DNA of 31,011 nt, from the IMG/VR virus record IMGVR_UViG_3300022923_001986, positions 1-31,011 of that record; one strand, written 5' to 3'. A program made the translations under genes and the position numbers. Below, one piece after another: positions 18,901 to 26,068 of this stretch. The notes beneath the pieces were generated by a model, which did no database searches, was not told where the DNA came from, and was given only the letters and a program-made list of their open reading frames with translations. Every line of letters starts with the position of its first letter. The stretch's first letter is position 1. Origin of the DNA: a virus. Its lineage: Duplodnaviria; Caudoviricetes.

Positions 18901-19452
18901 TTGTTCTCTTGGTACAAATCTTTTCCACTCAACAAAATCTCGACCAGCTCTACCTTCATTTCTAATATCTCTACTACCATTACCTGTCCTCGCCCCATCA
19001 TTTCCACCACCAACCATATCGTATGGTCCCTTGATGGGTACTCCAACTTTTTCCATTTTAGATGGGAACTGCATTATTTGCGGAGGGTCTTGAAATTCAT
19101 TCCCAACTCTTAATTCCATATCGTATTTTGAATGAGTTGATGAGTTTGTTTCATCTCTAAGTGCGGTGTCGTTAAAATAACAACCTTTATCTATTCCGTT
19201 AGTCGAACTTCCACGGATGTTGCTATCACTGTTGAAATCTTTCGTAACCCTAGAAGTGTTTAAAATAACACCATTTTGATCACTAAGCCCAGCTATAGGC
19301 CCTTCGCAAAGTAAATCGGTAGCCTCGTAAGTTTGAAATCCTACTTTGTTCCAAGCGGCTTTGGGCGGCATTAAAAACGACGGTTTTGTTCCTTTAGATC
19401 CAACAGGAGAAATAGATTTTCTCCTTTGTATTATGTCTTTATAATAGTTCAT
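12994..19452 (-). CDS. Tail tip / host-specificity protein (lambda gpJ-like), 2152 aa, with long variable C-terminus
   Basis: LLCEGPIAGL, YPHTAY, WDGTFKFGWSDNPAWIYYDLL..RYGLG, IDKWSLY..G.YCD, EPRFSCN, GVTSRSQARR, PGDIIRVDD; sits after L, K and I. Confidence 0.92.
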   Translation of the reverse strand: MNYYKDIIQRRKSISPVGSKGTKPSFLMPPKAAWNKVGFQTYEATDLLCEGPIAGLSDQNGVILNTSRVTKDFNSDSNIRGSSTNGIDKGCYFNDTALRDETNSSTHSKYDMELRVGNEFQDPPQIMQFPSKMEKVGVPIKGPYDMVGGGNDGARTGNGSRDIRNEGRAGRDFVEWKRFVPREQREKPWTYQNYDRNIDQMLITLQIDALSDTRSYASKAENKRGKSRMGQPLKLTVTFKVQVGKVDKQGVETISNSTFQTKAGSGVSILSGGRLKVTGVITSSYAISLENILLPKLDELDLYNFIKISKIEHETFSNIVKRDVAVTTVTKINSLRLSYPHTAYIATSLDSKYFPSVPSRTFRVKGKKILIPSNYTPTNADGSDRRFSVDGSTLGNEIYQGNWDGTFKFGWSDNPAWIYYDLLMNTRYGLGSYLRNVEIIDKWSLYEIGMYCDAVTLNDGSKATVDAGGAGFFVGLDDGTQGLEPRFSCNLLISDQKTAMGAIEDLARSFLAMMYYHNSSISVKVDRPYIFEDFNRTDQFDIDNGFSEVPPKHLKYPPVLIFNNLNVKDGIFAYADVDRSTKLSAVEVTYLDKRFNYAARTEYVEDAESIKYVGLNFKAIDGIGVTSRSQARRLARHILFESMHTTETVSFTAGFDGLLTEPGDIIRVDDEIRSFHKNFGIVLGTSGTADYKNPDGIYKDSPPSGVGPRSVIVSPAIMSDQMSYISGGVINVHNALGKTSIDDFYENPTSGNEFYRDINRPQIISLKIKPGGSGISWDPCDSGIAIHIDGLNDYLNGSGSSQWFAENSANINYGSAYSIDVSGIDQKYYRVLSTSEVAEGGIGITATIHHTGKFAYVEKGVNYDLNTDTFQPDLKITEINRPNAPSAVNFVSFSRQSNNKLNLNISINDPTSKIPQKYVIFLTEPGGKTIQTEVSKSQGSSTSVTLDDESSVDQLGEYEVTVFSENSKPVAARSLLSTTLVFTTQLSDFNFTTNDSFFDYQNISLESSFFPSTYSDSTRIGQGINKYPEGTGEISTFESSFEDIFGGSGYEILNEISGQILNLRKIDGTLVKENFKTLRSEERFDITVEELNDAVQYTGVKRYQVPPNIDFEVNSFTLTGGLSTQQLIPFERSFSEPPVVFTTQETNFQSDGQTNYLNKIGRVSGQANGFVVTGVSDRDSNHTYIASKTGIFLLENALKRIEINYVTNSYQDDYKFVEFVEYFDAPPIVFLQSQEPDQDIEDLFSETCITGISTSGFFYKAFQADLEIASGTGILAYIAAAEETFNVLSSSYPGVKSINYNTIQDDNVLFDSTPILNGYGGPSYRFDYNDYSVLCQRVEDYVGYDDIFFTVERHGTKNTVRQNALQTGLDDIAGLSVADDFNSDRIQFEAEVGTGNFSMLTWGTFQSDLEDKQSLINFPGKFSWFQSGDGKNYISFINETFKYLAITGETTLNDETPKMLQVSMDREQAVMTTYLNGVENISVDISDLRDGEVVTGFYLTGVGVALSGYYNNDDVTGFYLSGIGDAFNTFGNTNALSGDYTGFVTAGGLGGIYENVNFSGFRFEFSQNVSGNLNRWTMVDRDPGSPSYNKTGFIASFYWPYPWQSSDSWYLEDATFGTPDIDYYSIQAPRNLNTFDGYYSGYYKADTYASVGKTNVFENLTTTGLKVKVSYQPTNTRYSWVLTDDDPSSPSYYKTGWLLQGYPTYPWDEHQPNYIWEKYPGTSSESTEPDFSGLYPYLPRSLNHPTNVCQLLNEPTSLFGVGPLHQGRMGKYAAIIKEKVENNYYNSADGGFSDLSGNPEAEFVIGFKEFPNLIDSSNNILDGDIDVIGSINRDVRNYTGTNVDFNFLQIGTSGSVNRLDEVSIGSHPLTEGYKLDFFVGGFSPEFSSGEASFSVTFPDYGISDIRSFGANSIYAPTGSGLQYIVDFDIVEKQVLFEIDLEADLGGSGAINIKQVAIYTGETPDFSVDYLESTNLVATNDVSVTGVGEVLQVSVLAEDIEVVPGLENTDFIYYKALPKDYIKTGQVSQSVAAQMFYGFPTSLTITGSGQTTIERSNALDLAYAQSDEPVSIFADPVNIYIVNDIPLDWRAEFMIRTNGIVSVESSIPMRTSSSELNQVNANKLQFPENSDLTEFEISCLLNANGQREAFLIG
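14364..14709. repeat. Internal ~104-aa duplication in the gpJ-like gene (34-bp near-identical cores at 14364-14397 and 14676-14709)
   Basis: aacctgttttat(aa/tg)taagatgggctac(ta/ct)ggatc, 312 bp apart, encoding DP(S/G)SPSY(Y/N)KTG. Confidence 0.85.
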
Positions 19453-19454
19453 TT

Positions 19455-20066
19455 TTATAAATCCTCACCACGGACATCAGTCGAAACAACATTAGAACCT
19501 ACCCTTAATTCGCCATACAATAAAGGTATTGGAAATCCTTGAGTTAAAGTATTCTTTAAATTAGAAAACAAATAACTAGCCGTATCTAATTTCGATTCAG
19601 ATGTCTGGGCGTCAGTTTTAGGTAATTCTACTGGGAATAGTAAAGCCATTATCCCTTGGAGTATAAGACCTACAGCCAAATTAGCTAACATACTTCCGCC
19701 AGCTAACCATGCTCCAGCTGCTGCAAGCACACCCCCAACCGCCGCTGCCGCCGCAGCAACAGTGGAGACAACCGCAGTTACAACAGCTGCAACAACACCA
19801 GAACCACAAATAGATGGGACTATATGGACTTCTTCTGGAGCCTCCTCTTCAAGAAGTTCTTCCGCTGTATTCCATTTTTTGTTTGGGTTTTTAGGGTCTA
19901 TATAAACGTAACTTATTCCATCTTGAAATTTAGAAATACAATAACGTTTAAAACCTCTATTTTGGGCAGTTAAAGCTCTAGCTACATCAAGAAGCTTGGT
20001 TATTTCAAATTTATGAAAATTACCAAAAACCTCACCCATTTCTCCATGTATAATTATATTAGTCAT
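19455..20066 (-). CDS. Tail assembly protein I (lambda gpI-like)
   Basis: IIIHGEMGEVFG, VHIVPSICGSG, Ala/Gly hydrophobic stretch, SYLFS...QGFPIPLLYGELRVGS. Confidence 0.9.
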   Translation of the reverse strand: MTNIIIHGEMGEVFGNFHKFEITKLLDVARALTAQNRGFKRYCISKFQDGISYVYIDPKNPNKKWNTAEELLEEEAPEEVHIVPSICGSGVVAAVVTAVVSTVAAAAAAVGGVLAAAGAWLAGGSMLANLAVGLILQGIMALLFPVELPKTDAQTSESKLDTASYLFSNLKNTLTQGFPIPLLYGELRVGSNVVSTDVRGEDL

Positions 20067-20451
20067 TCAAAATACCCCTTAACTTACTTACACCTTTTTC
20101 AGACCTTTCAAAATAAGGAACATCAAATAAATGAAACTTTTCTGTTTCTAAAGAATATATTAAAAACGGGAAGAGACAGTTTTTTGAACTTTTAATATCA
20201 TATTCAGATGGTTCTTCTGCGCAATCTACATGGGTATGAAATATAGCTAAAAGAGTTTTTCCTATCTTTTTTTGTAAAAAATCTATTGGATTTATAATGA
20301 AGAAACTATCATCCGTAGAAATATTTATAGCTTCCTCAAAAAATAACTCATCATTTTCATAACAAACAAATCCACAAACTTCCCTTAATGGGGAAGATTC
20401 TGCAAATTTAATTAATTGATCTTTTAAATTATCCTCTTGGTTGGTTTGCAT
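20059..20451 (-). CDS. Tail assembly protein K-like, JAB/MPN domain only
   Basis: REVCG, FHTH, EPSEYD (JAMM motif); lies between L and I. Confidence 0.85.
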   Translation of the reverse strand: MQTNQEDNLKDQLIKFAESSPLREVCGFVCYENDELFFEEAINISTDDSFFIINPIDFLQKKIGKTLLAIFHTHVDCAEEPSEYDIKSSKNCLFPFLIYSLETEKFHLFDVPYFERSEKGVSKLRGILND

Positions 20452-21409
20452 GTGTACCTGGGAATCCTCCAAACCTCAAAACGCGTTCATATCTTTTTCC
20501 ACAAGCATTTAAGGTTTTTGTGCATTCATCTTTCCGCCAACTCTTTGAAGTTGATGGATGTTTTTGGTTACCAATAACATTATCTTCAATACAAACATAA
20601 AATGTTCTCAATTTCTCGGTTTTTTTATTTAAATTTGTTTCGTCATCTTTTCTTAGTATAAAATTATCTATTTCCAAATAAACAGCGTCTCCTTTATTAT
20701 AGGTTACATCTTCAAACCATGAAGCTCCTCTAACGGCAGCGGTTTTTAAATTTATCTCAACCCCATCTGCGTCTCTAAAAACATCGTTTTCGCCTGTTGT
20801 TTTTACCTCCCCATCATACCTACAACCATGCCCACGGTAGATAAAAGTACAATATGTGGAATAAACGTTTCTATTAGGCAGGTAGACATTATCCAATTCA
20901 AAAACAGTAGACAACTCAAACTCTACAGCATGTTTGGTTTCAGTTATTCTCCTATTTATATAATAAGTTTGGTCAATTAAATGAGATGTAGGTGAAGCTA
21001 ACGTAGAACCCGTTTCTACATCGTAATAAGGGTTTTCTCCGTTTGGAAAATTTTCATCATCTAAAAATTTAGCAAAAGTTCTTTTTCTGATTACCTTTGC
21101 GCCTATAAGATTATTATGGGTTCTCAAATATTTAGATATAATTGAATCTTTATTAGAAACTCTTATTCTCGGTCTAGGTAAAGACTGATCGCCCTTCGAT
21201 TCAAACCCACTACCTTCTATCGGGAATGCGGCGTATGCTTGCCCCTGCCACAAGATTGTAGGGGCCGAACCATTAACAAACGGGCATATAGCAAGAGCGC
21301 TAAATGCATCTTTTGGCCAATCATAGTATATTAGATAAAACTCCAACAATTGACTGGGATCTAGAGACAGAGCCTCCCGTGCTACGTTTTGATTTATACC
21401 TTCTGCCAT
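20429..21409 (-). CDS. Minor tail protein L (lambda gpL-like)
   Basis: WQGQAYAAFPIEGSGFE, PRPRIRVSN, GAKVIRKRTFAKFLD..NF, C.F.YRG.GC.Y, DEC.K.LNAC..R...FGGFPG (Fe-S cysteines). Confidence 0.93.
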   Translation of the reverse strand: MAEGINQNVAREALSLDPSQLLEFYLIYYDWPKDAFSALAICPFVNGSAPTILWQGQAYAAFPIEGSGFESKGDQSLPRPRIRVSNKDSIISKYLRTHNNLIGAKVIRKRTFAKFLDDENFPNGENPYYDVETGSTLASPTSHLIDQTYYINRRITETKHAVEFELSTVFELDNVYLPNRNVYSTYCTFIYRGHGCRYDGEVKTTGENDVFRDADGVEINLKTAAVRGASWFEDVTYNKGDAVYLEIDNFILRKDDETNLNKKTEKLRTFYVCIEDNVIGNQKHPSTSKSWRKDECTKTLNACGKRYERVLRFGGFPGTHANQPRG

Positions 21410-21417
21410 AATTTACT

Positions 21418-21423
21418 TTACAC
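21418..21423 (-). promoter_or_regulatory. GTGTAA motif 8 nt before the gpL ATG
   Basis: Reverse complement reads GTGTAA-AGTAAATT-ATG at the head of the tail operon. Confidence 0.55.
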
Positions 21424-21449
21424 TTTTAAATATAATATTATAATAAAGA

Positions 21450-21992
21450 ATGTTGGAGGAAAATAAATATAAATTTTCAAATGAAGAAAATTTTGATGAT
21501 GTTCATAAAATAGCATCTATACAATTCGGAAAAATAATTAAAAATTTTAATCAATCCAGTTTTAATGCAGATTTGAGAGAACTTTTTTGTGGCAGCAATG
21601 ATTATTACAAACTATTTTTAAGAAAAAACAATTCAATATTGTGTGGTAATCTTTCTTACATATTTGGAGATTACGCCATAACAGATATATATTTTTGGAA
21701 TGACATTTTGTTTTCTAGAAATAACGAAGAGGTTAGACTTTTTCATGAGAAATTTTTCAAGGAAACTTCTTTATTAGGTATAAATAACACAATAATGCCC
21801 TTAGACAAGTTCAGGTTTAAACATAAGTCATTTAAAAAATACTGCCAAAAAATGTTTTTTTCAAACACTGAGTACAAGACAGATGACCCTTTAATCAACG
21901 AAGAATACAAAAATCATTATCTCTTGAAAGTAAATCATAAAAATTATTTTAAAAAAGCAGAAGAAGCCAACGTCAGGATTTTGTATGAATAA
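21450..21992 (+). CDS. Hypothetical protein
   Basis: 180-aa AT-rich ORF preceded by TTTACA-16 nt-TATAAT. Confidence 0.65.
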   Translation: MLEENKYKFSNEENFDDVHKIASIQFGKIIKNFNQSSFNADLRELFCGSNDYYKLFLRKNNSILCGNLSYIFGDYAITDIYFWNDILFSRNNEEVRLFHEKFFKETSLLGINNTIMPLDKFRFKHKSFKKYCQKMFFSNTEYKTDDPLINEEYKNHYLLKVNHKNYFKKAEEANVRILYE

Positions 21993-22632
21993 AAAAAAGT
22001 TTACCTTTGGGGCCAATAAGAAGGTCAATTTTATTCGCATCCCCAAAAATGCCAGCACATCTCTCTACAACTACTTCGGCGTAACAAATACAATTAGAGA
22101 TAACTACCTCAGTGTAGATAATGAGGTATATAAAAATACCTTTGCCCCATCTCACTGTCGCCTAGAATTTGCAATAAAAGAATTTGGTGAAAGAATTTTA
22201 TCGCTTCCGACTTTAGCCGTCATAAGAAATCCTTACGATAGAATGGTCTCTATGTACTTTTTCGCTCAAAAAACTAAACTAAACAGGGTTTATGATATGG
22301 ATTTCCAAAATTTTTTAGAATTCTGCGAGTATTCTCAACGGCTATCCTCTGATCCTAATTTTTTTCACGCATGGAGCCAAAAATCTTTTATAGAAGTCGA
22401 TAATGATATAAGAGTAGATTCTTTATTGAGTTTTGAAAATTTACAAGAAGATTTAGATAAATTCTTATACAAATTTAATTTAAAAGACTTTTATAAAAAA
22501 GCAGGGGCGACGCTTAAAAAAGAGAATAGCACAAAACATGAAAATTTCAAACAATACTATTGTTCAAAATCTAAAAAAATTGTAGAAAATATTTGGGGCG
22601 AAGATATTGATTATTTTTCGTACAACTTCTGA
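21985..22632 (+). CDS. Sulfotransferase (Sulfotransfer_2-like)
   Basis: 5'-PSB FIRIPKNASTS, 3'-PB VIRNPYDRMVSMY, FENLQED, C-terminal EDIDYFSY. Confidence 0.88.
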   Translation: MNKKKFTFGANKKVNFIRIPKNASTSLYNYFGVTNTIRDNYLSVDNEVYKNTFAPSHCRLEFAIKEFGERILSLPTLAVIRNPYDRMVSMYFFAQKTKLNRVYDMDFQNFLEFCEYSQRLSSDPNFFHAWSQKSFIEVDNDIRVDSLLSFENLQEDLDKFLYKFNLKDFYKKAGATLKKENSTKHENFKQYYCSKSKKIVENIWGEDIDYFSYNF

Positions 22633-22637
22633 TATAT

Positions 22638-22643
22638 GTGTAA
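22638..22643 (+). promoter_or_regulatory. GTGTAA motif 9 nt before ATG 22653
   Basis: GTGTAA-ATACATTAT-ATG. Confidence 0.55.
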
Positions 22644-22652
22644 ATACATTAT

Positions 22653-23015
22653 ATGCCTATTGAAAATATCCATTCTTTACGTCACGAAATACACTCTACT
22701 TTAGAAAGTGGTGAGTTTGCTTCTAAAAATTTCGATTTAAGGATAGCGGCACTGGCGGCATACATACCTACTGGCGACTCCCAAAACGCGCATATGTACG
22801 AACACGCAATCCAAGAGTTTAACAGAAAACTTTATGATTTTGAGCGTTCGCAAGATATTATTCAACCAATTGATGTTGGTTTTAGACCTTTGAATTTTGA
22901 TGACTTTTTTGGTGGCGTACCTACTCCATTAGTTCCTGATTTTTTAGAGCTAGAGAATGACTCTTTCCTTTTACAACAAAACTCTTTTAAATTAATTCTA
23001 GAACAAGACGTTTAG
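22653..23015 (+). CDS. Hypothetical, probably virion-associated protein
   Basis: C-terminal FLELENDSFLLQQNSFKLILE resembles L.LE.G..LL.E motifs of phage structural proteins. Confidence 0.55.
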   Translation: MPIENIHSLRHEIHSTLESGEFASKNFDLRIAALAAYIPTGDSQNAHMYEHAIQEFNRKLYDFERSQDIIQPIDVGFRPLNFDDFFGGVPTPLVPDFLELENDSFLLQQNSFKLILEQDV

Positions 23016-23020
23016 TGTAA
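23015..23020 (+). promoter_or_regulatory. GTGTAA motif 8 nt before ATG 23029
   Basis: GTGTAA-TAAATACT-ATG. Confidence 0.55.
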
Positions 23021-23028
23021 TAAATACT

Positions 23029-23721
23029 ATGGCGGACAAAAAAATATCAGAACTTACGGAACTAACTTCAGCTGACTCAGTAACTGACCTCTTACCTGTT
23101 GTAGATACCAGCGCAGATGAGACCAAAAAGATTAGATTTAGTAATTTGCCACTGAGTGATTCGGCTAAAAACTCTGTGTATACGTATACTACAGACTTTC
23201 ACGGTGCTGTGGAGCAAACACGGAATATTACTGCTCCGTTGATTTACAATCAGTATTACGGCGATGACACTACTTTAACTAGTATCTATATTGGGAGCAA
23301 TGTTCCCAGCATTGGCGTATCCGCATTCATTGGTTGCGATGCCCTGGCGGATGTAACCATCGCTAACGGTATCACAAGTATCGGTCAAAATGCATTTCGG
23401 CTCTGCTTTGCTATCCAAAGTATCAATATTCCAGACAGCGTTACCAGCATCGGGCTTAGCGCACTTCAAAACTGCAATGCCCTGAACAGCTTAACCATTC
23501 CCAGCAGTGTGACTAGTATTGGGGATAACGCTTTTCGTAGTTGCGTTAACTTAGCGACAATTAACTGCAATGTAGATTTTTCTATTATAAATGGCCTAGA
23601 TAATGTTTTCACTAACACACAGTCCCCTCTTACTATAAACGTACCAGCTGGACTGGGTTGGACAGCTGGATCTGGCCAAACAATTGGCGGAAACACAAAC
23701 GTAACCGTTAATATAATTTAA
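23029..23721 (+). CDS. BspA/LRR_5 leucine-rich repeat protein 1 (4 repeats)
   Basis: MADKKISELTELTSA N-terminal module followed by IPxSVTSIGxxAFxxCxxL repeats. Confidence 0.9.
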   Translation: MADKKISELTELTSADSVTDLLPVVDTSADETKKIRFSNLPLSDSAKNSVYTYTTDFHGAVEQTRNITAPLIYNQYYGDDTTLTSIYIGSNVPSIGVSAFIGCDALADVTIANGITSIGQNAFRLCFAIQSINIPDSVTSIGLSALQNCNALNSLTIPSSVTSIGDNAFRSCVNLATINCNVDFSIINGLDNVFTNTQSPLTINVPAGLGWTAGSGQTIGGNTNVTVNII

Positions 23722-23733
23722 TCTTCAAAAATC

Positions 23734-25404
23734 ATGGCAGACAAAAAGATATCAGAACTCACAGAACTAACTTCAGCAGACTCGGCAGTAGATTTTTTAC
23801 CAGTTGTAGACTCCAGCGAAAGTAAAACTAAAAAAATTAAATTAGCCAACTTTCCGCTTAGTGATGCCTCTAAAGATACCGCATACCCATACACGATAGA
23901 TATTCAGGCTGGCGTGGAGCAAACTCGGAATCTTGCAACTATTAGTAATTCAGATGGGTTCTACAATACAAATCAACCAGATAGTATTTATATTGGGACT
24001 AATGTAACCAGCATTGGGTCTGCCGCGTTTAGCAACAGCAATTTTGCAGGGGTTAATTTAGCAAATCAGAGCGTCACGATTCCCGACAGCGTCACCACCA
24101 TCGGGAGTTATGCATTCTATTACTCTGCGCTAACGAGTGTCAGGCTTCCAAATAATCCTGCGTTTACCTCGATTGAGCGAGATACATTCGGCGGTTGCGA
24201 ATCTCTTACAAGTGTCGTCATTCCCGATAGCGTCACCAGTATCGGGGATCAGGCATTCCGATACTGCATTAGCCTGACGAGCATCACCATTCCCGACAGC
24301 GTCAACAGCATCGGGAGTAGCGCATTCTATCAATGCTCTGATCTCGCGAGTGCTACCCTCCCAAATAATGTTGGCTTCACCAGAGTCGAAAATTTCTTAT
24401 TCCAGAACTGCACTAGCCTGGCGAGCATCACCATTCCCGACAGCGTCACCAGCATCGGGGATAGCGTATTCCAAGGCTGCAGCAGCCTGATAAGCATCTC
24501 CATTCCCGACAGCGTCACCAGCATGGGGTATTATTTGTTTAATAGCTGTGCTGTAACGAGCATTACCATCCCCTACGGACTCACCAGTATCCAGTTTGCT
24601 GTATTCGCTTACGCAGCAGCCCTAGAAAACGTAACTTTCTCAAATAACCCTAATTTCATCGGAATTGGACAAGAGGCATTCGTTGGTTGCACCAGCCTGA
24701 GGAGCATCACTATCCCCAACAGCGTCACCAGCATCGGGAATGAATCATTCGCTTACTCTGGCCTGACGAGCGTCACCATCCCCAACAGTGTTTCCACTGT
24801 CGGGATTGGTGTATTCTCACAATGTGCTGATCTCGCGAGTGCTACCCTCCCAAATAATGTTGGCTTCACCAGAGTCGAAAATTACTTATTCTATAACTGC
24901 ACTAACCTGGAGAGCGTCAACATTCCCGACAGCGTCACCTACATCGGGATTAGCGCATTCCAAGACTGCGACTTGACGAGCATCACCATCCCAGACAGCG
25001 TTTCCACCATCAAACAAAGAGCATTCCAAGGCTGTGACGGGGTAGAAAGTCTCACCCTCCCAACCAATGCTGGCTTTACTACCATTGAGCAATTCACATT
25101 CGCTGAACTTAGGGCTTTACTGAGTTTAACCATACCCAATACCGTAACGACTATAGGTCTTAAAGCATTCCGCAACCTCAATGTTTTGACAACTGTTGAA
25201 ATTCCCAGCAGTGTCTCCAGCATAGGACAGGAAGCCTTTCAGGCTTGTACACTACTAGGGACAATCAACTGCCTAGCTACAACTGCTCCTGCCTTGGGTT
25301 CTAATCCGTTTTCTGGTGTAGCGGCTACAGAGATTCACGTTCCAGCAGGAGCAATAGGATACGGAACTACATATGGAGGTTTGACGGTCGTCTCCGATTT
25401 ATAG
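23734..25404 (+). CDS. BspA/LRR_5 leucine-rich repeat protein 2 (about 18 repeats)
   Basis: Same N-terminal module; 22-25-aa repeats; C-cap TINCLATTAPALG...IHVP.GA...TYGGLTV. Confidence 0.92.
   Translation: MADKKISELTELTSADSAVDFLPVVDSSESKTKKIKLANFPLSDASKDTAYPYTIDIQAGVEQTRNLATISNSDGFYNTNQPDSIYIGTNVTSIGSAAFSNSNFAGVNLANQSVTIPDSVTTIGSYAFYYSALTSVRLPNNPAFTSIERDTFGGCESLTSVVIPDSVTSIGDQAFRYCISLTSITIPDSVNSIGSSAFYQCSDLASATLPNNVGFTRVENFLFQNCTSLASITIPDSVTSIGDSVFQGCSSLISISIPDSVTSMGYYLFNSCAVTSITIPYGLTSIQFAVFAYAAALENVTFSNNPNFIGIGQEAFVGCTSLRSITIPNSVTSIGNESFAYSGLTSVTIPNSVSTVGIGVFSQCADLASATLPNNVGFTRVENYLFYNCTNLESVNIPDSVTYIGISAFQDCDLTSITIPDSVSTIKQRAFQGCDGVESLTLPTNAGFTTIEQFTFAELRALLSLTIPNTVTTIGLKAFRNLNVLTTVEIPSSVSSIGQEAFQACTLLGTINCLATTAPALGSNPFSGVAATEIHVPAGAIGYGTTYGGLTVVSDL
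24338..24883 (+). repeat. Exact 57-bp direct repeat (24338-24394 and 24827-24883)
   Basis: ctgatctcgcgagtgctaccctcccaaataatgttggcttcaccagagtcgaaaatt occurs twice, 489 bp apart. Confidence 0.95.
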
Positions 25405-25437
25405 TTGACTGTTAATATAATTTAATCTTTAAAAATC

Positions 25438-26034
25438 ATGGCAGACAAAAAAATATCACAACTAACAGAATTAACTTCAGCTGATCCAGCAATCGATGTG
25501 CTACCAATAGTAGACAGCGATTTAAATCAGACCAAAAAGATTAAGTTGGCAGATCTTCCTCTGAGTGATGCGGAAAAGGGATCTCTTGTGCCATTCACTA
25601 CGGATATTCAGGCTGGCGTGGATCAAACTAGAAATCTTACAACTATTACTAATTTAGATGGTTATGATGGTAACACGACATTAAATAGCGTCTACATTGG
25701 AAGTAATGTCACCAGTATCGGGTCTTATGCATTTCAAAGCTGCAGCAGCCTGACGAGCATCACCATCGGCAACAGCGTCACCAGCATCGGGTCTGGCGCA
25801 TTCTATCAATGCACTAGCCTGACGAGCGTCACCATTCCCAACAGTGTCACCAGCATCGGGAATTACGCATTCGAGGGCTGCACCAGCCTGGCTACAATCA
25901 ACTGCCTAGCTACAACCGCTCCTGCCTTGGGTTCTAATGCGTTTTCTGGTGTAGCGGCTTCAACAATTCACGTTCCAGTAGGAGCAACTTACCCAGCTAC
26001 ATATGGAGGTTTGACAGTTTTCTTCGATTTATAG
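25438..26034 (+). CDS. BspA/LRR_5 leucine-rich repeat protein 3 (3 repeats)
   Basis: Same N-terminal module and nearly the same C-cap as protein 2. Confidence 0.92.
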   Translation: MADKKISQLTELTSADPAIDVLPIVDSDLNQTKKIKLADLPLSDAEKGSLVPFTTDIQAGVDQTRNLTTITNLDGYDGNTTLNSVYIGSNVTSIGSYAFQSCSSLTSITIGNSVTSIGSGAFYQCTSLTSVTIPNSVTSIGNYAFEGCTSLATINCLATTAPALGSNAFSGVAASTIHVPVGATYPATYGGLTVFFDL

Positions 26035-26068
26035 TTGACTTTTAAAGGATTAGATACACCATAATAAT

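Larger units (their letters stand above)
23707..26040 (+). repeat. Tandem duplication units 23707-25410 and 25411-26040
   Basis: Both units start gttaatataatttaatctt(c/t)aaaaatcATGGCAGACAAAAA and end cgatttatagttgact. Confidence 0.85.

Noticed and set aside
20088-20093. GTGTAA on the minus strand upstream of gpI
   Set aside because: It is 21 nt from the ATG and inside the gpK coding sequence, so it does not fit the 8-10-nt spacing.
23900-25900. CRISPR-like periodic repeats (about 69-bp period)
   Set aside because: They are in-frame LRR coding repeats with degenerate copies, not constant repeats with unique spacers.
24331-26034. Diversity-generating retroelement TR/VR pairs among the LRR repeats and C-caps
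   Set aside because: Some mismatches involve A, but others do not (cag/tat, ct/tg, act/acc). Both copies are coding and no reverse transcriptase is in the window.
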